From contig OY762463.1 in NCBI GenBank assembly GCA_963665815.1, positions 3,899,600-3,963,599 on the forward strand: a stretch of 64,000 nucleotides of DNA, given 5' to 3'. Of the stretch, positions 38,856 to 48,934 are shown piece by piece. Within the stretch, counting starts at the first letter, position 1; every line of letters starts with the position of its first letter. The notes under the pieces were generated by a model. The model worked only from the letters and a program-made list of their open reading frames with translations. It was not told the origin of the DNA and did not search any database. The stretch is from Candidatus Cloacimonadales bacterium (lineage in GTDB: Bacteria; Cloacimonadota; Cloacimonadia; Cloacimonadales; JAIOQZ01). A program made the position numbers and the translations under genes.

Positions 38856-39530
38856 TTATTCTATTATCCTATTACCGGTTTCAATGTCAATAATGTGTGT
38901 TTCTTCGGAAAAATTATGCACCTGAATGTACTTATTGGCTTTACCTTGTTTCTCTTCAAAAGAACGCTTAACAGTTTTTAGATACACTACATCTTTGAGG
39001 ATTTCAACACTGACGGGAAAATTATATCTATCCAGTTCATATTTCCATAATTTAATACCATGGTTGTTCAGAAACCAGAGCTGACATTTTTTAACAACTT
39101 CTATGTTGGTAAAAAAACAGAAATTTTGACCATCAAAAGAATAAGTGTGAATCTGTTTATTGCTGCTTGAAGTGGAAAGGAGGTAATATCTTGTTCTCCT
39201 GCAATCAAACTTACCAATGAACTTTCCGTCTATATTGAAAAAGTCAATTGCAGTCTTTGTTCTCTCTCCGGCAGGTATTGCACATTCTCCAAGATTTGAT
39301 ACAGCCGGAGTTCCGAAGTACAGAGCCTGTTTTCTCCATAGTTCTGTTCCTGTGCTATCTGTTAAAACCATATTTACCTTTCTGTAAAAAGGTTTGAATT
39401 GACCAGATTGCCCGGAAATAGTCAATTCGAACTTACCATTTTGAGATTTTATTTTCATTACTTTATTTTCAAGTGCAAAAATACTTAAGAATGAAAATAG
39501 AAATAGGATTGCTATTAACACTTTCTTCAT
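38856..39530 (-). CDS. Hypothetical secreted protein (beta-propeller-like repeats)
   Basis: Signal peptide MKKVLIAILFLFSFLSIFA; TGTELWR and GIKLWKY motifs. Confidence 0.65.
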   Translation of the reverse strand: MKKVLIAILFLFSFLSIFALENKVMKIKSQNGKFELTISGQSGQFKPFYRKVNMVLTDSTGTELWRKQALYFGTPAVSNLGECAIPAGERTKTAIDFFNIDGKFIGKFDCRRTRYYLLSTSSSNKQIHTYSFDGQNFCFFTNIEVVKKCQLWFLNNHGIKLWKYELDRYNFPVSVEILKDVVYLKTVKRSFEEKQGKANKYIQVHNFSEETHIIDIETGNRIIE

Positions 39531-39811
39531 TTAGCTTTGCCTGTTCCCGGAACTGTACTTCCAAGATATCCTTTTAAAAATTTAATATAATTCTGATAAT
39601 GGGAAGGATTATCTTTTATACCCGTTGGAGTGTATAACTTATGGAGAAGTTCAAGTTTTTTGGAACCAATCTCAACAATGTCCTTCACAACAGTTTCTCT
39701 GAGATTATCTTCCATCTTGATCTTCTTGATTCCGTATTTCTTTTGTATACGGTTCAAGTATTCTGTCGAGGCTCTTTTTAGTATATCCTCAACAAGTGCA
39801 ACACTTCTCAT
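39527..39811 (-). CDS. Small basic hypothetical protein or gene fragment
   Basis: GGAG RBS then ATG 39811; ATGA overlap with the downstream gene. Confidence 0.45.
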   Translation of the reverse strand: MRSVALVEDILKRASTEYLNRIQKKYGIKKIKMEDNLRETVVKDIVEIGSKKLELLHKLYTPTGIKDNPSHYQNYIKFLKGYLGSTVPGTGKAK

Positions 39812-39898
39812 TTTCACTCCGATGCTGTATCGGAGTCTGACTAACCAATTGAAACCTTATAGAAATAATAATGACTAATTAACAGTTGGCAATTGATA

Positions 39899-40984
39899 TT
39901 ACCAGATTTTACTCAAACCTATCTTACTGGAAAAATATGATTCTTTAGATATTGTATAATCTAAGGTTAAATCGAAATACCAGAATCTTAATGTATTGCC
40001 AATTGTAACATCCAGATATTGAATATCGTCATACTCAAAACTGTAGTGTTTGGATGAATTCTTATCACCAAAATCTTCGTCTGCATTATTTATGGTAACA
40101 GTATAGTCATATTCTGATTTAATATTTCCAAGATTAATCCCTAAGTATGGCATCCAGTTCAGTTCTCTTTCGTGGAAAGTTCTGCTTATAAAGGCTGAAT
40201 AACCTTTATTTGTAATCTCTGCAAAATCACCAAACTCAGTTTTCTGATAATACATCTGTGCGGTAATCTCAAATGGAAGAACTCGGTCAGAAGCAAGTTT
40301 AATCCAGACTTCAGGATTGTGGGTAATACAAGCTCCCAAAACAGAATACTCCAGAGAATTATCTGCCAGAGAGTATTCAGGCATCCAGCGGATAGATGCA
40401 TTAGTACCAAAGATTGTTCCAAAATCAATCTGTGGTATCACATTACCATACAGTTCGAAATTTTTCCACACTCCTGCTGCTGCAATATCCAGTTCCTGAG
40501 CCGGTATTGAATACAATAAGCTGTCATTTTTCATGATTCTCAACGTTCCGAAGTTAAGCTTGATATTCTGGTTTGCCGAGCCCATAAATGTAGGACCTGA
40601 GTAATTAACCTGATAGCTTGATTTGATCATTTCATCTGCAAGATTGTGTTTTAACACAGGATCTGTGATGTCACTTAGAAGGGTGTAAGCTTGCTCTCTG
40701 CTAAACTGATAAGTAGTAGAACCGGACATTTTCCTATTCTCACTTGGTGTAGAATTTCCGATTCCAACAAAGTGAAAACCCCATTCCCAGTATTTCAAAA
40801 CAGGTCTTGGAGGTCTTATATACCAATTGTGATTAAGGTTTCTTGCAAAGTTTTCATTGAATGGCTTCAAATAATTTTTTGACATTTGAAGATTAAGAGT
40901 GCTCAAATTATCTTCGACATCTTTACTCAATAACAGATTTATTGAAATCAGAAATATGATAGTAATGATAATATTCTTTCTCAA
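39899..40984 (-). CDS. Outer-membrane protein, DUF6588-like
   Basis: Signal peptide; YLKPF..NLNHNW, GPTFMG, PQIDFGTIFGTNASIRWMP; C-terminal aromatic residue. Confidence 0.6.
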   Translation of the reverse strand: MRKNIIITIIFLISINLLLSKDVEDNLSTLNLQMSKNYLKPFNENFARNLNHNWYIRPPRPVLKYWEWGFHFVGIGNSTPSENRKMSGSTTYQFSREQAYTLLSDITDPVLKHNLADEMIKSSYQVNYSGPTFMGSANQNIKLNFGTLRIMKNDSLLYSIPAQELDIAAAGVWKNFELYGNVIPQIDFGTIFGTNASIRWMPEYSLADNSLEYSVLGACITHNPEVWIKLASDRVLPFEITAQMYYQKTEFGDFAEITNKGYSAFISRTFHERELNWMPYLGINLGNIKSEYDYTVTINNADEDFGDKNSSKHYSFEYDDIQYLDVTIGNTLRFWYFDLTLDYTISKESYFSSKIGLSKIW

Positions 40985-40992
40985 AAGACCTC

Positions 40993-41724
40993 CTAAAAAT
41001 CTGTATTAAGCAGCAGCAATATTGATCCGAAACTGCTGTTTTCCTCATTTTTATCTGTTTCTTTAAGGAAGTTATACTTGAATTCTGCAGCAATGGAAAA
41101 TGGAAGCACAGGTACTTTGAATTTTGAACCTGCCAGAACTACTGCTCCAGGTACAGATTCAAAGTCAAGAAGATCGTCTTTTTTCAGAGTATATTGCTCT
41201 GTCGGATTCAGATTCAGTCCTTTTACTTTGTCTGTGATTGTTTCTTCGCTAACTACTGATTGGATAAAGTTGAGAGATAAACCTCCGCCAATATAGAAGT
41301 TTGGTACAGCAGGTAAGACCGGTTTGAATACTTTATATCTCAGTGTTGCATCGGCTGAAAATCTCCAGTATGGCATCCAGGAAACTTCTTCAAAGCTGAC
41401 AGGAATTTCAATATCCTGATTCATTATGCTTGACTGAGGTTCAAAGTCATAGTCCATGTAAGACATGGTTGCAGATCCATCTATAGATAAGCGTGTTAAT
41501 GGCAGTTCTATCTGGAGGTGGCCACCAAGGATAAAAGGTTTTGACTTTGGTTTAATTTCATATCCATAAGAATAATCAATTGATTCTTTCATAAAGCTGA
41601 ATTGTTTGCTTGTCTTTTCAGGAGCATTAACAATATCAAAGCCGGATACGAAACCATAATTAACTAAAGAGCTCAATGAAACAACAAAGAGCGTAAACAA
41701 GATATATAAAGCCATTCTTTTCAT
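40993..41724 (-). CDS. Outer-membrane beta-barrel protein
   Basis: Signal peptide; FYIGGGLSLNF and SIAAEFKYNF strands; terminal Phe. Confidence 0.65.
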   Translation of the reverse strand: MKRMALYILFTLFVVSLSSLVNYGFVSGFDIVNAPEKTSKQFSFMKESIDYSYGYEIKPKSKPFILGGHLQIELPLTRLSIDGSATMSYMDYDFEPQSSIMNQDIEIPVSFEEVSWMPYWRFSADATLRYKVFKPVLPAVPNFYIGGGLSLNFIQSVVSEETITDKVKGLNLNPTEQYTLKKDDLLDFESVPGAVVLAGSKFKVPVLPFSIAAEFKYNFLKETDKNEENSSFGSILLLLNTDF

Positions 41725-41755
41725 TATTCCTCCAACTATTTATTAAAAAATAATG

Positions 41756-42835
41756 TTATAATTCGTCATAGATTTCAGCATACTTATCTGCGATCTCATC
41801 CCAGATAAATTCATCAATTACTTTCTGATATGCTCTTTCTGACATTTTCTTCATTTCTTCCGGATTATTAAGAGCGTATTTGATCTTGATTGCCAGATCA
41901 CTCTCATTTCCTGATTCAAAATACAAAACTTCCGATTCATCGAAAATTGCTTTATTTTCTTCAATATTGCTTGCAATAATAGGAACTTTCATAGATGCCG
42001 CTTCGAGAAGCATCATTGACATTGCTTCCTGAAGTGATGGAAAAACAAACAATTTCGCATTATAAAGATAACCCATCAATAACTCTTTGTCTCTAATTAA
42101 GTCAATATATTTTACATTTAAACCTTCAGCCAGTCTATTGATTTCTTCAGTATATGCCGGTTTATGCGTTCTGTCACCTATAAAAAGGAGCTGGTCTTCA
42201 TAGTTAATATCTTGAAGTGCTTTCATTAATAAATGGCAGCCTTTGCACGGAATCACTCTTCCGGCTGCGAATAGAACATAATCTTTATCTTCAACAGGTT
42301 TGTGTTTAATATTCTTGAAAACTCCATTTGGAATATATAGAACTTTTTTTTTAAACTTCTCTATGTAAAACTGCTGATATGTCTTAGCTACAGATGTTAC
42401 TACATTGGGAACACGGATGAATAAATTCTCGATAACATCAAAGAGAAACTCAATGATTTTATTCCATTTTCCTGTACCTTGAGGTCTACCGTGACCTGTT
42501 GCCACAAGTTTGAACTTAAGCTTCAGTAATGGCAGGATGAAAGCACCATCCATGTTGTGAAGATGCACAATATCAAATTTTTCATGTACTAAGGCATGAG
42601 CCATTGATTTCAGATAGTAGTACAGAGTGTTGAGCTTTGAAACAGGGAATTTATCAAACACAATCTGTCTGTAACCTTTGTAATAACCTGAGTCTTCGGT
42701 TGTGTGGGGTTTTATGGAATATACTGTGAAGTCATATTTATTTTTCAGTTTATCCAGAATGCAATCCCCGGCAGCTGCTACTCCGTTTGATGGGGGAAGT
42801 CCTTTAAAACCAATGATTCCAATTTTTTTCTTCAT
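41756..42835 (-). CDS. Glycosyltransferase family 4
   Basis: YIPNGV, AGRVIPCKG, FVFPSLQEAMSMMLLEAAS, ASNIEEN. Start at MKKK 42835 (ORF track gives 42847). Confidence 0.9.
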   Translation of the reverse strand: MKKKIGIIGFKGLPPSNGVAAAGDCILDKLKNKYDFTVYSIKPHTTEDSGYYKGYRQIVFDKFPVSKLNTLYYYLKSMAHALVHEKFDIVHLHNMDGAFILPLLKLKFKLVATGHGRPQGTGKWNKIIEFLFDVIENLFIRVPNVVTSVAKTYQQFYIEKFKKKVLYIPNGVFKNIKHKPVEDKDYVLFAAGRVIPCKGCHLLMKALQDINYEDQLLFIGDRTHKPAYTEEINRLAEGLNVKYIDLIRDKELLMGYLYNAKLFVFPSLQEAMSMMLLEAASMKVPIIASNIEENKAIFDESEVLYFESGNESDLAIKIKYALNNPEEMKKMSERAYQKVIDEFIWDEIADKYAEIYDEL

Positions 42836-42982
42836 TATAATCCTCATTATGTTGATGAAATCATCTTAAATAAACACTTGAAAAATTGTCAACATGTTAC
42901 AAACAGATAATGAAGTTAGAACTTTATTTTGAATATATAAGTGTATGTTGTTTGTCAGGACTTGATGTCAAGTGTCAGGCAT

Positions 42983-43014
42983 AAAAAACAGCCTGCTGAT
43001 TTTCAGCAGGCTGT
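42983..43014 (-). terminator. Rho-independent terminator
   Basis: ACAGCCTGCTGA/TCAGCAGGCTGT stem with an A-run on the plus strand. Confidence 0.75.
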
Positions 43015-43033
43015 AAATATAGAACTCGTTTAA

Positions 43034-45412
43034 TTATTTAAGCAGTACCATTTTCTTTGTTGAAGTTTCATTTCCAACATGAACACTTGAGAAGTATACA
43101 CCTGTTGAAACAGCATTGTTGCTATTGTCTGTTCCGTCCCAGATGACATTCTTTGTGCCTGACATTACTTCGTTATTCACGAGTGTTTTCACTAATTGTC
43201 CTCTAACATTGTAAACATTAAGAGTTACTGTTTGAGGATTTTTACCAATATTGAGCTGAATATTGGTTTTTGGATTAAATGGATTAGGATATATGTCTTG
43301 AGCAACAACAAAGTCTCTTGCTTCTGGGATGAAATCATCATCATTAGCAATAACGATATTTTCTGTTGGAAGACAACCATTGAATCCATATGCACCCATG
43401 TCATTAGTAACAGTGCCTAATGCAGGAGGGAGTGCATTTCCTGAGTTATCAGGATCTTCGATATCATTGTACATTGCATCAGGATTACCTGCATCAATAC
43501 AAGGTGAACCTGCTTGAAGTGTCCAATTCTTCATTCCGTCAAATCCCTGTCCAACACCATCTGAAGGCATTGTAAACATCGGATCGCTGTTTTCTGTATC
43601 AATGTTACCGGTTCCTGTATAACCACCTCTGATTGCTGTGTATGTAACAGTAACTGTTGCGTCTGCAAGTTCATTGATTTCAGTATTATCTCCATTATCA
43701 ATTATACTGTTCATGATATTAAGATTTCCGCTGTATGGGAAAAAGATACCTTTAACAGTAGATGGAGTTGTAAGATTGTTGTTAAGGACTGTTGTGTTAA
43801 TGAATGTCATGGTAGATGTCGAAAGAAGGTTGAAACATCTTGTTCTTGCATCATTATTAACGAAAAGACAATTTGATACTTCAATTTCAGAAAACTCAGT
43901 GTTTATTATACCGCTTTGAACACTGCTGCTGTTAGCGAATACAACTCTGTCGAATTTAATATCTGTTGAAGTATTCATATCTGCAAAGCTGTATCCGTCA
44001 GCTACAGATATATTGTATCCATAAACATCTGAGATTGTTATGTTGCTGCAACCGTATATATCGAATACACCCGGTGCATTTGTTACAACATTACCATCTC
44101 TGAAAGTACAATTATTAAGAGTTACTTTTGCTGAGTTAAGTTTTACAGCAGTGTTTCTGAAATTCTTGAATACACAATTAGAGATAATGTTAAGAGGATT
44201 ATCGCTATTGATTTGAATTCCATTCCACATACTTCTTGAACTCGGATTTCCATTAAGGATAACTTGATCAGTTTCATTACCTGTAATAGTAATTGTTCCG
44301 CCAACTTCAATACCGGCTGCCTGATCAAAATACACATGTGTGCCAGGATCAATTGTCAGTTGTTTTTCTTCTGAAACAGTAATAGGTCCGGTAACATAAT
44401 AATCACCATATTCAGGTTTCCAGTGACCTGCAGCTTCTCCTGAAACTCCTGCACTTGGATCAACAACCTCGATATAGTTTTCAATTAATAGGGTATCCAT
44501 TTTGCTTGTAACACCATCAATAATGATAAGTTCTACATCATAAGTACCTGTTTGTGTATAAGTGTGAATTGGACTTGCATCTGAGCTTATTGGAGATCCA
44601 TCACCGAAATTCCAGTTGTAAACGAGATATTCAGGATAAGTAACTAAACTCAGATCTGTGAATTTGACTTCAAGATCAAGAGGACCACTTGTTATGTCGC
44701 TTGCAAAATTTGCTTCGAAAGGATCGACAAGAACTGTTGCTCCCTGATAAATTGTCTGAAGTTCTCCACCGGATGTTCTTTCCTGGATAACCATAACAAT
44801 ATACTTGTTTAATGGAGAATCTCCATAACTCAGAGTACCGGTGTAAATGTTATTCTCGCCACTGTTTCTTAAAGGAAAATTATTATATCCGCTGAATGAA
44901 GTTACTCTGCTTCTATAATCACCGTTTGATGGATCATGATTTGTAACAGCAAAGAAATACTCAACAGATGCTCCTGCTGCAACAGAAAGGTTATTGTCAA
45001 CCATTACGTCTGCTGCAATGTTCAGGTTTGTGCCAGAAATAGAATAGTCCAGAGAAATAGTAATCGGGCTTGGATTGCCAGAGATACTATTATAGATAGC
45101 CTCAAAACTATTTACATTCTGACCGCCTGTCTGGGCATCATCACCACCAACGGCATAATATGGTACATAAGGTCCGTCAGGGTGCGGATAGTCATAATAA
45201 CGAGTACTTGCATATTGATCAACAGTAGTATTCCAGATGAGTGGTATTACTCTATCCGGATGATTTTGGTAAAAACTATAGAGCGCCGACCGCGCTGCTG
45301 GGCAACTTGGGCAAGTTGTCGTACTGAAAACTTCACCCACGACCATTAAATCAGTCGCAAAAATAAAAGTTACCCAAAGAAAAAGCATCATGAGAATCAT
45401 AAGTTTTCTCAT
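43034..45412 (-). CDS. Secreted multidomain protein: thioredoxin-like/Omp28-like CxxC domain, PKD domain, beta-helix, FlgD-Ig/T9SS-type C-terminal domain
   Basis: VGEVFSTTTCPSCP; VKFTDLS..WNFGDG..HTYTQTGTYDV; SPCIDAG..DMGAYG; IYPNPFNP...KMVLLK. Confidence 0.8.
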   Translation of the reverse strand: MRKLMILMMLFLWVTFIFATDLMVVGEVFSTTTCPSCPAARSALYSFYQNHPDRVIPLIWNTTVDQYASTRYYDYPHPDGPYVPYYAVGGDDAQTGGQNVNSFEAIYNSISGNPSPITISLDYSISGTNLNIAADVMVDNNLSVAAGASVEYFFAVTNHDPSNGDYRSRVTSFSGYNNFPLRNSGENNIYTGTLSYGDSPLNKYIVMVIQERTSGGELQTIYQGATVLVDPFEANFASDITSGPLDLEVKFTDLSLVTYPEYLVYNWNFGDGSPISSDASPIHTYTQTGTYDVELIIIDGVTSKMDTLLIENYIEVVDPSAGVSGEAAGHWKPEYGDYYVTGPITVSEEKQLTIDPGTHVYFDQAAGIEVGGTITITGNETDQVILNGNPSSRSMWNGIQINSDNPLNIISNCVFKNFRNTAVKLNSAKVTLNNCTFRDGNVVTNAPGVFDIYGCSNITISDVYGYNISVADGYSFADMNTSTDIKFDRVVFANSSSVQSGIINTEFSEIEVSNCLFVNNDARTRCFNLLSTSTMTFINTTVLNNNLTTPSTVKGIFFPYSGNLNIMNSIIDNGDNTEINELADATVTVTYTAIRGGYTGTGNIDTENSDPMFTMPSDGVGQGFDGMKNWTLQAGSPCIDAGNPDAMYNDIEDPDNSGNALPPALGTVTNDMGAYGFNGCLPTENIVIANDDDFIPEARDFVVAQDIYPNPFNPKTNIQLNIGKNPQTVTLNVYNVRGQLVKTLVNNEVMSGTKNVIWDGTDNSNNAVSTGVYFSSVHVGNETSTKKMVLLK

Positions 45413-45552
45413 AAAACCTCCTTAGGAATTTCAAAGAACAAATTTTATTTATTAACAATATAAATATCTGCTAATATCAAATAAATATTATCGACAATTA
45501 AAGCACGGAATGAATAAAAGTCAAACATTATTTACAGCAATTCAATATTTTT

Positions 45553-46896
45553 TTATTTAATCAGAACCATTTTTCGCATAACATTTTCTGATCCATTTAT
45601 AAGTTTATAGAAATAAACTCCACTTGCAGCTTTTTCTGAGTTGTCACTCATTCCTTTCCAGATTACACTGCCGGAGTCATTATTAAGATCTGAGTATGTG
45701 AAATGTTTTACAGCTTGACCTTTTACGTTATAAATTGTCAGACTGGCGTTTGATCTGAGTTCTTTAACATTGTATTTAATAGTAGTTTCAGGATTAAAAG
45801 GATTTGGATAATTGGACAGGCTGATGTTATCAAAAGATTTAACTTCAGTATCGCCATTGGCTGTTTCTCCCTGAATATAATCAATAAGTCCACCAATAAC
45901 CATGCTGCGATTTGCTTCTGAATCAATACCTTCAATTCCAAAACCTAGAGTTGCAATATAACTGTTGCTTAATGTTGATCTCAGTTTTACACCTGCAGCT
46001 CCCCTTGAAGCCGGATACATGAGAAACTCAATAGCATCTGTTGTCGCAGAGATTTCGTCAGGAGAAGTTTGATTATCTGCTCCGTCACCACCGGAAATAG
46101 CAAAAGACCAGCCATCACTAACACCATCGGAAGAAACACCTTCTATGGAAGTTACGCCTGAGTTGTCTCCGTCAAAAGAAACATAAAGGTATGTTTGAAG
46201 GAAGTTCTGCTGATCAGTGTTACCATTGCTGAGTCCGGAGCATAAATTTTGTCCGGTCATGATAAGATTAGAACCATTCATCAGGTGGGTTGATAAGTAA
46301 CTGATTTCATCAGTTGAAATCGGATCTGTTTCATCACCAGTAGCCCATAATATATTTGAGAAGGCCGGAGTATTGTTGTCTATAGGAGACATATGAGTGT
46401 TCCATATTCCGTAAGTCATTCCGGAGTTATCAAGTCCATTAACATAATAAGAAGTATAGTCATTAACAGGATCATCATTTACTACCAGTAATTCAACATT
46501 ATCTGTGATGTAAGTAAACTTTCTGGTCATTTCACCCTGAATATTTGCGGCAGTAAGAACAAGCTCAAAATCGATTGATTTTGCTTCTTCAACATAAATA
46601 CTGAAATGATATTCAATTTCTTCGTCAGCACCAAAGCTTACAGCAACTGGTGGAGTAAGACAACCGATGTTATCACATATTCCAATATAATCATTGATAT
46701 TGTCTGAAGTATAACGAATATCAAATGTAATGTCCTGAGCTGCTCCCATATTTGAAATAGTAAAATGATCTGATGTAATCAGGCTGTTCATTGGTCCCAC
46801 AATAACCGGGGTTACTGTCTGATAGTCAAATTCAACATCAGCATTAACTGCAACAGCACTGATTAGAATACAGAAAAAAATTAAGAAATTACGCAT
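45553..46896 (-). CDS. Secreted protein with CxxxxC Ig-like N-domain, alpha/beta domain and FlgD-Ig/T9SS-type C-terminal domain
   Basis: ICDNIGC; LLVVNDD..ILWATG..NLIMTGQN..GFGIEGI; NYPNPFNP...KMVLIK. Confidence 0.75.
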   Translation of the reverse strand: MRNFLIFFCILISAVAVNADVEFDYQTVTPVIVGPMNSLITSDHFTISNMGAAQDITFDIRYTSDNINDYIGICDNIGCLTPPVAVSFGADEEIEYHFSIYVEEAKSIDFELVLTAANIQGEMTRKFTYITDNVELLVVNDDPVNDYTSYYVNGLDNSGMTYGIWNTHMSPIDNNTPAFSNILWATGDETDPISTDEISYLSTHLMNGSNLIMTGQNLCSGLSNGNTDQQNFLQTYLYVSFDGDNSGVTSIEGVSSDGVSDGWSFAISGGDGADNQTSPDEISATTDAIEFLMYPASRGAAGVKLRSTLSNSYIATLGFGIEGIDSEANRSMVIGGLIDYIQGETANGDTEVKSFDNISLSNYPNPFNPETTIKYNVKELRSNASLTIYNVKGQAVKHFTYSDLNNDSGSVIWKGMSDNSEKAASGVYFYKLINGSENVMRKMVLIK

Positions 46897-46950
46897 TTTT
46901 CCTCCAATGTTTATTGATACTATAATTTATTTTTTGAAATTCAAAAAGCT

Positions 46951-46980
46951 AAAAAAAACTCAGGAGAAATTCCCCTGAGT
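46951..46980 (-). terminator. Rho-independent terminator closing the dsbD operon
   Basis: ACTCAGG/CCTGAGT stem with an A-run on the plus strand. Confidence 0.7.
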
Positions 46981-46989
46981 TACTTTATC

Positions 46990-48441
46990 TTAAAATCTTG
47001 TTGTAAGTTCCAGTTTTACTCCACTGAATTCCTTTTCATATCGACATACACCTCTTCGGCATATTTTTCCACCTTTTTGTTTTCCTGCGAAGAATACAAG
47101 TTCAGTGTTTTCAATGATGTCAGCAGAGATTTCCACACTTGGGTATAGCCCATGATCCATCAGATCATCACTGTTTTTGAAAGCATATTCACCCTTTGTC
47201 GAGAGTGAAAAGTGATCGAAACTCATGTCAAACTGAAGTGATGGTTCATTTGAGTGATAAGATGTACCAAAGATTTTATACTTCTTGTATTTGTTAGCAG
47301 CTTTGATTGTAGTAGATCTCTCGAATAAAATGAAATCATAAGCAGCTTCCGGTTTATATTCAACGGACCATTTACTGTTAGGTTTTTCCTGCTTTTCAAC
47401 CCTGGAGAATTCAAACGTAATAGTTGATTCTTCAAGCTCGTATCTTACTTCTGCATAAGTGTCACTGATTCTGAAATCATAATCACTTGTCCAGCCTTCC
47501 GAGTAGTTAACAAGAAAATTCATCTGATCAGTAACAGGAAGGTCAATTTCTCCCATTACACTTTCTTCATCTTCTCCGGGAGTCTCTTCTTCTTTCAGCA
47601 CTTCTTCACTATGATAGAGTTGAGGAACATCCTGCATACCGTTTCTAAAGTTGAATTTTCTATACTTAAGGTATTCTCCGGTTATAACAGCATCTTTAAT
47701 GAAAGAAGAAAAACTGAAGTTATAAGCTTCTCCGGTTCTTGCCTTGCTGATTGAAACCATTTGTTCCGTAAGTGCATATTCGTTACTGTGTCCATACTCT
47801 CCATAAAATTCGAACAAATCAATTGAATAGTTCATTCTGGCAGAATAGACATCCTGGTCAGCGTATGTGTCAGGAAGAACTTCATTTTGGTAATTTACAA
47901 AGTTAGCACCAAGTCTGAAATCTCTGATGATGTAATCAACATCAAAACCTGCAGCGGTATTTCTGTTGTCATCCTGATCATTAACTCCATAAACAGCTGT
48001 TATTTTTAAATCATCCTTTCTGTAGGAAGCTCTTGCACCTTCAAGTCTGTAGTCTTCATTAAGGTCTTCATCTTCGTAAGATCTGAAAACAAGTCCTGTA
48101 CTGAAAACTTCTTCAAGTGTTCCACCTCTGATTCCTAAGTCTTCACCTTTGTACTCCAGAAATCTTTCTCCCCATTTGTATTCTAAATCTCTTGATTTAA
48201 GATCTTCAACGGGACTGAAAGAATCATATTTTGGGTATTCTGCCATGAATTTCATACCAAAAGTGAGTTTATTGTATTTCAGATTAAAACTGAAATCATC
48301 TTCGAAGTAATTTTTGAGGGAGTCTTCAACAGACTTCCTTGTATACTTTGCATAGTTCATACCGGAAATAGAGAAATCTTTCATTTCTGCAAAAAGTATA
48401 CCTGAAGTTAGAATTAATGCTAATATTAGTAATTTCTTCAT
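46990..48441 (-). CDS. DUF6029-like outer-membrane beta-barrel with C-terminal CxxxxC
   Basis: Signal peptide; FSTGLVFRSYE..L..D..LEG; FFAGKQKGGKICRRGVCRY..FSGVKLELTTRF with terminal Phe. Confidence 0.75.
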   Translation of the reverse strand: MKKLLILALILTSGILFAEMKDFSISGMNYAKYTRKSVEDSLKNYFEDDFSFNLKYNKLTFGMKFMAEYPKYDSFSPVEDLKSRDLEYKWGERFLEYKGEDLGIRGGTLEEVFSTGLVFRSYEDEDLNEDYRLEGARASYRKDDLKITAVYGVNDQDDNRNTAAGFDVDYIIRDFRLGANFVNYQNEVLPDTYADQDVYSARMNYSIDLFEFYGEYGHSNEYALTEQMVSISKARTGEAYNFSFSSFIKDAVITGEYLKYRKFNFRNGMQDVPQLYHSEEVLKEEETPGEDEESVMGEIDLPVTDQMNFLVNYSEGWTSDYDFRISDTYAEVRYELEESTITFEFSRVEKQEKPNSKWSVEYKPEAAYDFILFERSTTIKAANKYKKYKIFGTSYHSNEPSLQFDMSFDHFSLSTKGEYAFKNSDDLMDHGLYPSVEISADIIENTELVFFAGKQKGGKICRRGVCRYEKEFSGVKLELTTRF

Positions 48442-48451
48442 TTACTCTCCA

Positions 48452-48925
48452 CTATTTCACAAGCTTTTTGATTTCTTCTTCAAGTTTAACTTCATCACCC
48501 TTTTTATAGGAGTTGTGAGTATATACTATTTTACCATCTTTATCAATAATGTAGGTAGCAGGAACATTCTTGAAACCGAATTTGTCTTTGGATTTGCCAT
48601 TTTTGTCATACAATGAAACTGCTTTAAGGTTCTCTGCTTTGATCCATCTTTTAGCTTTTTTCATTGATCTTGGTCTATCTATACATACTGTTACAAGAAT
48701 AACATCTTTATATTTCTCTGCTACTTTATCATAAGCTGGGATTCCCTTTTTACAAGGCTGACAAAAAGTACCCCAGAAATCAATAATTACTATTTTATCT
48801 TTATTAAGCTCTTTGAGACTTATAATTTTTCCACTTTCATCTTCAAGTGACAGATCAGGTAATTTGTCTACTGCGAATATAGATAAAGTCAAAAGTAAAA
48901 GTAATGCTGTGATAAGTCTTTTCAT
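48452..48925 (-). CDS. TlpA/ResA-like periplasmic thiol-disulfide reductase
   Basis: Signal peptide; IIDFWGTFCQPC; cis-Pro loop VPATYIIDKDGKI. Confidence 0.92.
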   Translation of the reverse strand: MKRLITALLLLLTLSIFAVDKLPDLSLEDESGKIISLKELNKDKIVIIDFWGTFCQPCKKGIPAYDKVAEKYKDVILVTVCIDRPRSMKKAKRWIKAENLKAVSLYDKNGKSKDKFGFKNVPATYIIDKDGKIVYTHNSYKKGDEVKLEEEIKKLVK

Positions 48926-48934
48926 TATATCTCC

